Shown here: positions 38,720-51,239 of the stretch, piece after piece
How the letters are laid out: every line of letters starts with the position of its first letter
How positions within the stretch are numbered: the first letter of the stretch is position 1
Source of the DNA: Eledone cirrhosa
Taxonomy: Eukaryota
Assembly: GCA_964016885.1 (NCBI GenBank)
Contig: OZ024744.1
Coordinates: 98,642,001-98,706,000 of the forward strand
Length of the DNA stretch: 64,000 nucleotides
Direction of reading: 5' to 3'
Notes under the pieces: model-generated
What the model saw: the letters and a program-made list of their open reading frames with translations, nothing else
What the model was told of the DNA's origin: nothing
Database searches by the model: none
Translations under genes and position numbers: made by a program

Positions 38720-38945
38720 AGTAATAATGATAAACGTGAAGACTAAAATCCAAAGAGGGCTCGATAAGGATAATATATATATCAAATATATAAAAACCAT
38801 AGAGCAAATATTTATTAAAATAACAGATTAAAGTTTAAGCAAAGAATCGTTGCTTTCACCCTTAATGGGATCTTCTGGAACTCCCATTAAGAGTGAAAGC
38901 AGCGATTCTTTGCTTAAATTTTAATCTGTTATTTTAATAAATATA
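38720..38945 (-). mobile_element. Another copy of the CAGAAGA family, folded back at the hammerhead core
   Basis: Matches 27190-27340. Arms 38809-38870 and 38883-38945. Confidence 0.75.
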
Positions 38946-39125
38946 TACAGTGAAATTCCATTATAACGAAATTCACAGGGTATAAAAAAAATTCATTGTA
39001 ATGAAAAATTCTTTATAACAAGATCAACCTCACACATGGAGCCTGTGGCCAGGCATTGAAAAAAATTTCATTATAATGAAAAATTTGTTATAATGGTATT
39101 CATTATATCAAAATGTTTACTTGTA
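38946..39125. mobile_element. pogo/Tigger-like MITE
   Basis: TA-CAGTGAAATTCCATTATAACGAA left end, internal cattataaYgaaaaatt repeats, degenerate right end ending in TA. Confidence 0.55.
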
Positions 39126-39133
39126 TATATATA

Positions 39134-39333
39134 TAATATAGAAATGGCTTCTACAGCACTAGAACTGTTTCATTCAAAAGAAATCACCAGGGGCTCTCCT
39201 GATGATTTCTTTTGAATGAAACAGTTCCAGTAGAAGCCATTTTTATATTAAATATGATGTTTACACTCTACTAATGTATTAAGTACCTTACTAACTGTGG
39301 CTATCCTTCATTAAACCCAGGAGTTACATTACA
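39134..39333 (+). mobile_element. Hairpin-plus-tail relic with a minimal hammerhead core
   Basis: Arms 39134-39192 and 39197-39250. CTGATGA(39199-39205) tttc tttt gaat GAAA cagt TC; stem I is imperfect. Confidence 0.65.
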
Positions 39334-40089
39334 TATATTAATATGGATACTTCATCAATGCAGGTTATTAACATTGAATATGACACTACCTCTTCTATGT
39401 GTATCAATAGTATTTGGTGGTTTAATGTTAAATTATTTGTCTTGTATATACATTCTCATTCTATTTTTCTACATTTCAGTTGAGTTTAGGGAATATTTAA
39501 CCCTTTTATGATGGCATTTCTAATGAAAAACAATCTATTTTAATTAATTAATGAAGATTTTTGAGGGATTTACTAAAATTATTAATTATTTAATTACTAA
39601 GATAGTAACTTAATGTAAGGTTCTTATATAAAATTATGCTAGGTTTTTATTTCATAGAACCAGAGCTGGTTTTGGCTGGGTTGGTAAGATAGTAATTTAA
39701 TGCAAGGTTCTTATATAAAATTATGTTGGAAGATTTTTATTTAAATTGGAAACCTTTAAAATGGGTGGTTTTGTTTCATAGAACCAGAGCCAGTTTGGGC
39801 TTAATGGGTTAAGAGGAAATGGTGACTTTATAAAGTGCACCCCTTTATTCTGAAATAATTCTAACATTAGCACAAAGCCAAAAATTTATATCGTTTCCAG
39901 TACGTGACTGGTACTTTATTTCATCAACCCAAGAAGGACAAAAAGCAAAGTTGACCTAGGTGAGATTTGAACTCAGAAATGTAGAAAGTCATGGCTAAAT
40001 ACTGTTAAGCATTTTTGTCTCATGCTCTATCGATACTGCCAATCCACTACCCTTCTCTATTCTAAATAATAGCCAATATAAACCATTGA

Positions 40090-41926
40090 TTAACCCTTTA
40101 GTATTCACATTACTCTATATTTACTATTGTATTTTCATGGTAAAGGCTTTACCTCTCATAATATCGAATCTATGAGATTTTGATATTATTTATTTTGAGA
40201 ACAATACCTCAATGCCAGTATGAACGACCAGTTACAGCCAGTTTGAACAGAAAGAGGTGAGAGAGTTCTGGCCGGATACAGTCGGTTTTATTGCTAAAGA
40301 GTTAAAACAGAGAGGCAGATTAAAATTCTTGTTTATAATCTGAATGAGAGGCAAGAAAATAATATTTCAGCAATTTTATTTATCATTTAATCAACAGTGA
40401 AGGCTGCAAATTGGCAGAGTTGTTAGGGAGGAGTTGGTTTTAAGGCCTTGGTATCTGTTCCAGCTTGCTGTAATTCCTGAGTTCAAATCCTGCTACGAGT
40501 CATCTTTTCAACATCAATGAAATAACCAATCCACTACTGAGGTCGATTTTCATTCTCTCTCTCTCTCTCTAAAAGAGTAAGAAGCATTGTAAATGTAAAA
40601 TTTGTAAATGATGATCTCTCTCTCTCTCTCTGAAATCAACTGTTTCAATCTGAAGAGGGATGGGCTCTCCACCAGGTTTAACCCTTCAACATTTATATTA
40701 CTCAATACTTATTATTATACGTTATGTCCTTGAGCAAGACACTTTATTTCATGTTGCTCCTTCTACCTGGAGTTGCAACTGGTAGATAGTATTAGCAATT
40801 GGAAAGACCAATGGAAATATTGTTTCCTCGGTCCGATTTATTATTATATTTTCACAGTAAAGGTTTTACCCCATATAATTATTATCTCACATAATATCGA
40901 ATCTATGATTTTGATATTATTTATTTTGAGAACAATACCTTAACATCTGTATGAGTGGCTGGTTACAGCCAGTTTGAACAGAAAGCGGTGAAAGAATTCT
41001 GGCCGGATATGGTCGGTTTAAATGCTGAAGGGTTAAACCATTCATGGGCAAACTGTGTCAGGCAACACCCTTATGACTCCACATAGAGTTAAGTGCCCTT
41101 CCCTTTCCTTTTCAAGTCTACAGTGAAGATTGTCAAGATGACTGATACATTGCTATGTAATAATCAACACACGTAGATGTATGTTTGTTCTAGATTAACC
41201 CTTTAGCATTCACATTATTCTGTATTTACTGTTGTATTTTCACAGTAAAGGCCTTTATCTCACTTAATCATCTCACATAATATGGAATCTATGAGATGTT
41301 GATATCATTTATTTTGAGAACAATACCTTAATGTTAGTATGAGCAGCTCATTATGACCAGTTTGAACAGAAAAAGGTGAGAGAACTCTGGCCGGATATGG
41401 CCAGTTTAAATGCTAAAGGGTTAAACAGAACAGGAATGAAAAGCCGTAAATTGGCAAAGTCGTTTTAAAGCATCAGATTTAAAATATTTTGGTATTTGTT
41501 CCTGCTTACTGTTCTCTGGGTTGAAATCCTGCCACTGGTCAGCTTTACCTTTTGTCTCTTCAAGGTCGGTAAATAAAGTACCAGTTCAGTATTGGGGTTA
41601 GTTCTCTCTCTCTCTCAGAATTTTTCTGTTCTTAACCTTTTAAGATTTATTTATACCAGCTATATCCAGCCAGAATTCTGTAACGTGCCACTCATACTGA
41701 TGTTAAGGTAATGTCCTCAGAATAAATAGTATCAAAATCACATTACTCTATATTTACTATTACATTTTCATGGTAAAGGCTTTCCCTCACATAATATCGA
41801 ATCTGAGATTTTGATGCTATTTATTTTGAGAACAATACCTCAATGTCAGTATAAGCAACCAGTTACGGCCAGTTTGAACAGAAAGAGGTGAGATAATTCT
41901 GGCTGGTTTGAATGCTAAAGGGTTAA
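40090..41926 (+). mobile_element. Cluster of piggyBac-type MITEs (40090-40305, 40679-41036, 41195-41424, about 41735-41926; also 45369-45581)
   Basis: TTAA-CCCTTTAGCATTCACATTACTC ... AAATGCTAAAGGG-TTAA with a shared interior. Confidence 0.78.
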
Positions 41927-42227
41927 ACCTTCTCACAACCATGTTTACATGAAATATACATGAGGGCCAGATGAAAAGTTCTGACTAAGATACTCTCATG
42001 AAATGACCAAATGAGGTTTACTTTTCAACATAGTCCCTGGAAAGAAACAATGTAGTTATTAATAAAATGAGTTGACATTAATGCATTGCATGCAAGATTT
42101 CACAGCTCTAGGATCACTCCTTCATAATCATCCTATCACGTTTTCAGCCCACCTTCGTAAATAGTTAAATGTGTTTCAATTAATTCTAAAATAATCGGTG
42201 GATTATTTGGTAAAGGGATGGCAAAAG

Positions 42228-42735
42228 GCACCCAGCCCACACTGTAAAGTGGACGTGTAAAAGACACATCAAAAAGCACCTAGCCCACACTGTAAAGGTC
42301 ATGTTGGTGTCACGATAAAAAGCACTCGGACCACACTAAAGTGGTTGTATTGGTGTCGCGACAAAAAGCACCCAGTCCACACTGTAAAGTGGTCATGTAG
42401 GTGTCGCGACAAAAAGCACCCAGTCCACACTGTAAAATGGTCATGTAGGTGTCACGACAAAAAGCACCCTGTACACACTGTAAAATGGTCATGTAGGTGT
42501 CACGACAAAAGCACCCTGTATACACCGTAAAGTGGTTGTGTAGGTGTCACAACAAAAAGCACCCAACCCACACTGTAAAGTGGTTGCATTAAGAAGGTCA
42601 TCCAGCTGAAGAAACCAAGCCAAAATCAGTTCTGTGTGAGCAAAAACATGGGCCTGTGACCTGGACCTCTCACAACAGGACAGCACGTCCTACCCATGCT
42701 AGTGTGGAAAATGGACATTAAACAATGATGATGAT
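42228..42735 (+). repeat. SINE/RTE-tail element with a tandemly expanded 48-bp unit (related at 45848-46132, 48830-49200, 12590-13062)
   Basis: Unit cacccagtccacactgtaaagtggtcatgtaggtgtcacgacaaaaag repeated about 7 times, then the usual tail and (GAT)n. Confidence 0.8.
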
Positions 42736-42884
42736 TCAATGTTATTAATAATCTGTATTAATGAATCATCCATATTAATATCAGAGAGCCAGATACAGAT
42801 TCAGACAGGTTATAATCCAGAGGATTAATGCAATGATGGAGAAGACTTATAATCAAGAAATCAAGGATGTAATGTAGTGTAGAT

Positions 42885-43052
42885 CAGACATGTCAAACAT
42901 GCAGCTCTTCACAAGCACACCTGCAGCCCACACAAAGGTTTTTACAGTGCGAGCATGTTTTATCTTTGTAATATAAAATTAAACAAATTGTTATGTGTGG
43001 CCCTCAAACAACACATGTGGCCCTCTGGGGGACCCTCAGTTTGACATGCCTG
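42885..43052. mobile_element. hAT (Charlie-like) MITE
   Basis: TIR cagacatgtcaaac / gtttgacatgcctg. 8-bp flanks gtgtagat / ttgtaggt match at 6 of 8 positions. Confidence 0.75.
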
Positions 43053-43781
43053 TTGTAGGTGATAGCCGATGACAATGTTTATATAAAATAGTTTATAGCA
43101 AAATACAAGCAAGGCAAGAAAACTTAAGGAAGTATATAAAAATTCTGATCAAGAATATTACAGGATAAGAATGAACAGGAAGGTTAATTTAATTCTTAAT
43201 TCAAATGTTTGTAGTATCTTTACTGATGAATCTTAACATCTTGTAATGATTTAATAGAAAATAGCTAAAAACAGGTTTGTTAATTTAAATATTTATAGTT
43301 CCTTTACTAGTTGACACTTATAGCTGTCTTTGAAAAATAAGGAAGGACATATTGACCAATGTAGTTGTAGATATACCAAAAGATGGGCTGGTCATAAGTG
43401 GAATGTCTTTGATCATAGGTTTGGTGAATTAGTGTTGGTCTCAACAACAGTTCATGTAATGATGATGATGATGATGTACATTCAGAAATATTCTAAGGAA
43501 AAATTGACTGCTCAATTCAAAGACAAGTTTATATTTCCAAAATTTATTTCTTATCATTGAAAGCTTTATCAATTTTTTTTTACTATAGAAAAAGCGTCTA
43601 AATAATAGGGGTTATATCCCAGAAATTATTTTTCTATAGTCAAAAAATTCAATGAATCTTCTAACTTCCTCATAAATTTCAAATTCTCTTCATTGTTTCT
43701 ATCACACATTTGTTTAATTCTTATCACTTTCATATATAAGCAAATGTTATGTATGACTGCCATGGGAAATCTTCAGCTGCG

Positions 43782-43815
<34 letters not shown>

Positions 43816-43849
43816 CTCTTTCTGAAACGTATAAAACATTTAAAAGAAT

Positions 43850-44122
43850 GACTTTCAGAAACATTTTTTCATACTCAGAAGTGCTGAATTATGGAATAAA
43901 CTACCTGCATCAGTTGTTAGCTGCCGGGACACTGCATCCTTCAAAACTTCCATGCTTCCCAAAATTCGCCAACACTACACCTGATATTCGCCCTCCATAC
44001 ACACGCATGTATCTGTGTATATCATGACTCATACACTGTTCAAAGGTGCATGTACTCTACATTCACTTTGATGAGTTGTAGTGCACCTGAACACTGTACA
44101 CAATAATTTTCACTATTATTAT
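43850..44122 (+). mobile_element. Old CR1 3' end fragment
   Basis: Diverged match to the 3' end of the CR1 copies (catcagttgttagctgccgggacactgcatcctt...cactgtacacaataatttt). Confidence 0.75.
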
Positions 44123-44279
44123 GTTTATAGATCATCTATGAACAAATTTTATGTATAAATTATATGATGAAATTTTTTTTTATTTAAATAGGTAGCAGTT
44201 TTTAATCTTAATGTATAAGGGGTAAAAAAAACAACTTCTATTTCTACATGTGTAAATAAATATATTCATCTTTTTTGCC

Positions 44280-44772
44280 CACTACTGCTTATTCCTTGGA
44301 GGTTTCTTGGATCTTGAGTCCTCAGACATGCCTTCTAGAGGGTTCAATCAGAAATAATTGTCTCCACTTGATCCGGCTAAGTTCTTAAGCTAGGCCCACT
44401 GAGCTCATGGATGTTATCCAACCATCTTGCTCAAGGTTTATTCTCTGGGTCTCCTGTTGGTTGGATTTGCCTGTAAAATCAGTCTTGTGATTCTTTCCTT
44501 AGACACTCTAACCACATGCAGAGATATATACTTATGTATATGTATGCATATATAAATATACATTGACTGCTAAAAGAAATTCTGTTTGGCAAGAGACCCA
44601 GAGGTAAACCCCGAGCAATATAGTTGGATAAGATCCATGAGCTTGGCTGGTCATGCTTGGGGATCCAGCCGGATCAATTGGAGACAGTTGCTTCTGACAG
44701 GACCCGCTGGAGGGAGTGTTTGAGGGCTCTGCCTCCACGACCCTCTCAGGAATAAGTGGGTGAAGAAGAAGA
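44280..44772. mobile_element. Two divergently oriented RTE-type 3' ends
   Basis: 44280-44520 (minus) and 44570-44772 (plus) share the gagacccagagRtaaacc..gagcaa..Rgttggataa..tccatgagct (RPRGxP..W) segment. Confidence 0.55.
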
Positions 44773-46711
44773 ATCTTGACAGTAATTAAAAACATTTTCA
44801 ACATGGTTTTGATATAAACCTTGATAGATCAGAGCAGAAATAACAAATCTACCGAGTCAGACTTTGTAAGTAACAAACACTTTTGAAATTATATGATTTT
44901 AATAAACTAAAAATTAAATGACAGATAATTAAATATTATTAAAGTAGTTCATATGTAGAGCAGCAAATATGCAACAACAGACTGCAATGCTGCAAATGTG
45001 CAATAAACTATTTCAATACTGCAAATCTGCAACAACATACTATAGCACTGCAAATGAGCAACAACGTGCTACATTGTACTGCAAATGAACAACAATCTGC
45101 TGCAAATGTGCAACAGCGTGCTGCAAATGTGCTGCAACCTACTACAACAGCAATACCTGTTTATTCAGTGAATATTATCAAAGTTCCTGTCTTGACAGAA
45201 AACAACTGACATGAAAGACAAAAGGAGCAATTGCCCCACAGCCACCGATGGCCATAGCAATTTATTTGAGCCCTCAACTGAGCTTTTTAGTTTTATGATG
45301 GTTAGAATTTTAAAATTTAATACCTGTATGGATAACCTTTCAATTCCAATTACTTCACCAAGCTAACTTTAACCCTTTACCATTCACATTACTCTATATT
45401 TACTATTGTACTTACACAGAAAAGGCTTTACCTTACATAATATTGAAAATATGAGATTTTGATATTTATTTTGAGAACAATACCTTAATATAATTATGAG
45501 CAGCCGATTATGACTGGTTTAAATAGAAAGATGTGAAAGAATTCTGGCTGGATACGGCCGGTTTAAATGCTAAAGGGTTAATATGTAAAATGGGGGGGAG
45601 GTATTCTAATTTTCTGTGTATGATGGGTCCCTCCAAAAAAAACCTGAAGTGCCCCAGGCTTCCCAGTACATAGAGTATATATGGTACTAATATTCAGTGG
45701 ACAATTTGAAAGTCTTGATATAGGAACTAGCTCTCAACAATTAACCAAAGATATCCAGATCGCAAGTGCATTTTAATTTTAACATAAAATAAAATGATCT
45801 GAAATTTTGTTTTGCCTTCTTTTCTTTATATGTAAGTAATTTTGTTACCACACTGTAAAGTGGTCATGTTGTTGACACATTCACACTGTAAAATGGTCGT
45901 GTTGGTGACATAACAAAATGCACCCAGTCCACACTGTAAAGTAGTCGTGTTGGTGACATGACAAAAAGCACCCAGTACACACTGTAAATGTCGTTGGCAT
46001 TAAGAAGAACATCCAACTGTAGAAACTAAACCAGAAATGACAGTTCTGTATGAGCAAGACATGGTTATCTGATCTGACTTGTTTCACAATGGGACAAAAT
46101 GTCTAACCCATGCTAGCAATGATGATGATGATTCTGTATCTTGACAGCTTTTATTGCATTCATATACCACATCATATGACATGGACTCGTGGTTGAATGG
46201 CGAAGAAGTTTGCTTCGCAATCATAAGGGTTCCATTGCTTCGTCAATTTGGATAGGGGGAAACTGTTTAGAAGTCTGTCAGATGGACTGTACCCATAATT
46301 CAAAGGGCCAGACTTTTTACACACACTGTCACACTGAATCTTCCTGAGACTTAGGTTAATGGCACACATGTCTATGGAATGTTCAGCCACTAACATTCTA
46401 GTTTATTGATGTGACGTTTGCCAATCATTCAGATATGAGTTGTTAATAAATGTTTGTTTAAATACATAGTATTTTACTGAAAAAAAATCCAGTACAGCAA
46501 CTGTAGCTGTGTAAAATATATGTGGCAGTCAACAGGTTAATATGTAAAATTATTTCTCTGAGTGATATCTTATCTGTATATTTTAACCATTCATTGAGAT
46601 GTCTAAGTATTAGAGACAAATAACCCTTTAATTTATAATTGTTTCTACTTTAGGCACAAGGCCAGCAATTACCCAGTGCATTACTGGTACTTTATTTTAT
46701 CCTTTAATTTA

Positions 46712-47723
46712 TAATAATAATAATAATAATAATGAAATATTGTGTACAGTGCTCAGGTGCACTACAACTCATCAAAAAGTGTATGTATAGTACATAGGGT
46801 AATGTACAAACATCAGGAAAATGAACAGTGCACGAGTCATGATACACACATGTGCATGTGTATGGAAGGGGTACATCAGGTGTAGTTTTGGCGTATTTCG
46901 GGAAGCATGAGTGTTTTAAAGGATGCAGTGTCTCGGCAGCTAACAACTGACGCAGGCAGTTTGTTCTATGCTTCAGCAACTCTGAGCATGAAAAAATGTT
47001 TACGAAAGTCATGGGAACTGTGCTGTTTACTGACTTTGTAGGCATGTCAACGTGTGTTAGACACATGGAGATCAAAAAGGTGCTCAGGGTTGTTGTTGGC
47101 GAGATGGTTAATAACTTTGTGGATGTTTACCAAGTCCATTGCCAGACGTCGGAGCTTCAATGAATCCATGCCCAGGGAAGCAAGGCGTTCAGAGTATGGT
47201 AGGTGTCTGATGGAGAGTATGTACGTCTCTACAGTTTCCAGGCGGTCAATGTTCTGAGCAAGATAGAGGTTCCAGACTGATGATGCGAATTCCAAGTGTG
47301 GTCGTACCATAGCTGTATACAGCTTTAAACAGATGGCTGGAGAGCGGCTAACAGAGGTCTTGCTGAGTGATGCCAAGACACCCTCGGCCTTCTTGACAAT
47401 CTTAGAGACATGCTTTGTCCAATGCAAATCGCTGCTGACAGTAATGCCCAGGTCACGTTCACAAAAGGACTTCTTGATATCAGTGTTGTGGAGGGAGTAT
47501 GTGGACGCTGGGTTTTTCCTCCCAAAATGCATGGTGGTACACTTGTCTACAGCCAGCTTCAGTTGCCAGTATGTGATGCATTGTGTCCAGGTCTGATTGT
47601 AGGAAAGAGTTGTAGATTTCAGGATCAGTCCTTTTGATTTCAAGGTACAGCTTGATGTCATCTGCATATTTCAGTACCGTGGCATTCTGTAAGTTGGCAT
47701 CTATGTCATTAATATATGCCACA

Positions 47724-47730
<7 letters not shown>
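46712..47730 (-). mobile_element. 5'-truncated CR1-type LINE
   Basis: LKYADDIKLY, KCTTMHFG, ERDLGITVSSDL, MVRPHLEFASSVW, SLKLRRL, and an (ATT)n tail. Confidence 0.9.
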
Positions 47731-47764
<34 letters not shown>

Positions 47765-47919
47765 ATTCAGGACTCCGGCTGTTTCAACAGCTAGCATCTT
47801 ACCCACTCTACTACCCCAAGTATTGAGTACTCTGGTACATTATGGTCCACCTGGTATCTTACCACACCCTCTTTGTTATATATATATATTATACATATCC
47901 ATTCCATATTCCAAATCCA

Positions 47920-48620
47920 AAACTATGGGTACACAAGAGATGTAGTAGGATCTCAGGCAGGCTAGCAACAAACAGGTTTTATATGCGGTCGATGCACAGG
48001 TGCAGGAAGCAGCAAGAATTCAGGAAACAAGTTCCATTAAGTGCTCAGAGGGCTCTGCAGTAGTTAATTGCTTGTTATCTGGGTGACCAAATTAGTAGTG
48101 GAGGTGGGTGTTCTAAAAGACAATAGCCAGAGTGAGAACAAGATAGAAAAAAGTTCAAGGAGCTACTAGTTCTGCTAACAACAAAAGGTATTTCCCTAAA
48201 AATGAAAGGCAGACTGTATGATGCTTGTATACGAACAGTAATGTTGCATGGAAGTGAGGAGTAGACTCTGTATGGAGATTGGAAAGAAAGGAAGTTTGCA
48301 TGCTCCGATGGATGTGTAATAGTTGAATGCATGAATGGCAAATCTTCAGTGAACTAAGAGAGAAACTAGGCATAAGAGGGGTCAGATGCAGTGTGCAGGA
48401 GAGGAGATGTATAAATAGGTGCAGAATGCTTAAAGTTGATGGAAGAGGAAGTCCTAGGAAATCTTGAGATGAAGTGATAAAAGCTGACCTTACACAATTA
48501 AACCTTTCAAAGGAGATGACACATGGGATTGAGATCTCTGGCTTTATTCTGTATTACAGAAGACCTGCCTTCCCATGTGCACAGAATGAAACAAACATAG
48601 AGGACACACTAGCCTGCACC
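47920..48620 (+). mobile_element. Old RTE LINE fragment
   Basis: WVHKRCS, KMKGRLYDACIRTVMLHGSE and ELREKLGIRG similar to the other RTE copies. Confidence 0.8.
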
Positions 48621-49244
48621 AAACTTCTCCTTACCCCTACCCATTTCACCCTTTCAAGTCTTAATATCCTGCCCTCACTAACTAAATATCTCACTCATCT
48701 CATTTATGTCCAGCTTGCATACTTGTTCATCTCCCACACTCCTGTCATGTTCAACCCATGCTTACAAGTATGGAAAGCTATACACGTTACAAATCTGTTC
48801 TCTCCCTCTCCCGTAATCAAAAAAGTACTTTGTCCACCCTGTATGGCAATCTGGTGCCACAAAACACCCTTGACAAAAGGCAGCTTCCAATCCACTTAGT
48901 ATGGTGGTTGTGTTTATATGACAAGAGGCTCCCAGTCCATCCCGTATAGCTGTTGTGTTGGTGACATGAGAAAATATATCCAGTTCGCCCTGTAAAGGCT
49001 TGTGTTGGTGACACAAAAAAAAGAATTCAATCCTCCTTGTAAGGTGGTCATGCTGGTGACACAATTAAAAGTGCCTGGCAAGGTAATTGTGCTGCTGAGA
49101 TGACAAAAACTGCCCAGTCTACCCTGTAAGGTGGTCGTTTTGATAACATGATAAAAAGTACCCAGTCCACTGTAATGTGAATAGTATTAGGAAAGATATC
49201 CATACGTGCACACACACATATTCATTTTTTCATTACCATTAAAA

Positions 49245-49325
49245 GGGGTCTGACGAGCCGTGGATTACAGAGTCAGGGTAGATCGAACTTTGAGCTGATC
49301 AGTGGCGAAATGTGTGTCACCAACC
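49245..49325 (+). ncRNA. Type I hammerhead ribozyme motif with a 50-nt branched stem II
   Basis: ggt CTGACGA(49250-49256) gccg...tggc GAAA(49307-49310) tgtgtg TC acc. GUC triplet; lies between (CA)n/(TA)n runs. Confidence 0.72.
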
Positions 49326-49559
49326 AATAAACTTAGTGAAGGAGTAACCACTCGTCCTTGTTTTATTTATACACACACATATATATATATATAAGTATTG
49401 AGAATAATTTGGAAGTACATGTCCTCCCCAGAATGCCAATTCATGATGAAGTAGACTTACATGTAATGTACAAAGTGACTAACTGGCCTCTTCCTATCTG
49501 TCTAGGTTGGAGCACAGTGGTGTATGTGGTGGAACTAGTGTGATCTGATTCTCTGATCT

Positions 49560-50430
49560 GTCAACTTGTGGTGAGATGCAGGGAAACATTATGCCAGCAA
49601 ATTTTGTTAAACTAAAGAAAGCCAAAGAAGCCTACGGAATGTCAGATGAGGCCTATGAGGGTGAAATGATGAGCAGAGCAAGTTACTACATATGGGTTGA
49701 GGATGAATGCAGATCTGGAGCACCAAACAGAGCATGAAAGGAGGAGAACATTGAGGAAGTGCAAAGGTTGGTAATACAAGACCTTCAAGCTACTGTGAGG
49801 ATGATACCTGAAGCTATTTGTATTGGTACAATAGAGACAATTGTGACCAAAGATCTGGAGCTCCACAAAGTGTACTAAAGATCCTCTCCAATTACCAGAG
49901 GCAGTTTTGTATGGAATGTTGCAATGACTTTCTTGATATGATACCAACTAATTCTGGGTCCTGAATAAAGTAGTGACTTGTGACAAAAGTTGGGTATTCT
50001 ACTTGAGAGTAAATGTCAGGGTGACCAGTGGAAGTACATAGCTTCCCCCAGAAGGCAAGGATGAGCAGGTCACAAGAGAAGGCCATGAAGGGGCTAATTC
50101 ACATTTAATGGGTTCCCGAGAGCTAAATCATCAATAAGTTCTGAAAAGGTTCAAAGAGAGGATGGGGAAGAAGAGCAGTAGAGTGGTGGTTCCACCAGGA
50201 CAATATTCCATAAGTCAATGTTGGTGACAACCTGGACGACCAACTGGGGAATGAAAGTAGTACAATACCTATCCTACAGTTCTGACCTAGTTCTCTGTGA
50301 TTTCTTCCAATTCCCAGGCATGTAAGACAGATTTAGGGAAATTAGATTGAAGTCAACATAGGAGCTGAAGAAGGCATCAGGGAATTTCCTTATGAGATTG
50401 TAGGACTGGGGAAGACACCTGTGCAAGGTC
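49560..50430 (+). pseudogene. Heavily decayed mariner (DD34D-like) transposase
   Basis: Remnants VVTCDKSWV (VTxDEKW), WWFHQDN and YSSDLVLCDFF (YSPDLAPxDF). Confidence 0.65.
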
Positions 50431-51239
50431 ATTATGAAAATTAATGTCTCTCCTAAACATACCTCACACATATATATCTTAAATGAGACTTGAACACTCT
50501 TTGATTTTCTTAAGACTTTATTTCTGAAGCAATGACAAAAGAAGTTCTCAGCACGCCTGTGTCCATGAGTAAGCCATTTTAAATTGACGAAAGGGCTTTG
50601 ACGTCTAGCAAAGAAGAGTTCCACAATAAAGGGAGATAAGGGGCGAGCCTGTACGACTCTTATTCCTCTATATCAGGGGATGGCAACATTGGCAGGCCAC
50701 TTTTAAAATTGTAACAACTATTAGGGACAGTAATATTTATTTAGCACTATTCCAAGGATTCACCACAACTTCTTTCCATAACATGGAACTGGGAAATTAT
50801 AACACACATAACCCTATCAGAACAACTATTAGGGCCAGTAATATTTATTAAGTACTATTCCAAGGATTCACCACAACTTCTTTCCATAACATGTAACTGG
50901 GAAATTATAACACACATAACCCTATCAGAACACCTATTAGGGTCAGTAATATTTATTAAGTACTATTCCAAGGATTCACCACAACTTCTTTCCATAACAT
51001 GGAACTGGGAAATTATAACACACATAACCCTATTAGAACAACTATTAGGGCCATTAATATTTATTAAACACTATTCCAAAGATTCACCACAACTTCTTTC
51101 CATAACATAGAACTGGGAAATTATAACACACATAACCCTATTAGAACAACTATTAGGGCCATTAATATTTATTAAACACTATTCCAAAGATTCACCACAA
51201 CTTCTTTCCATAACATGGAACTGGGAAATTATAACACAC

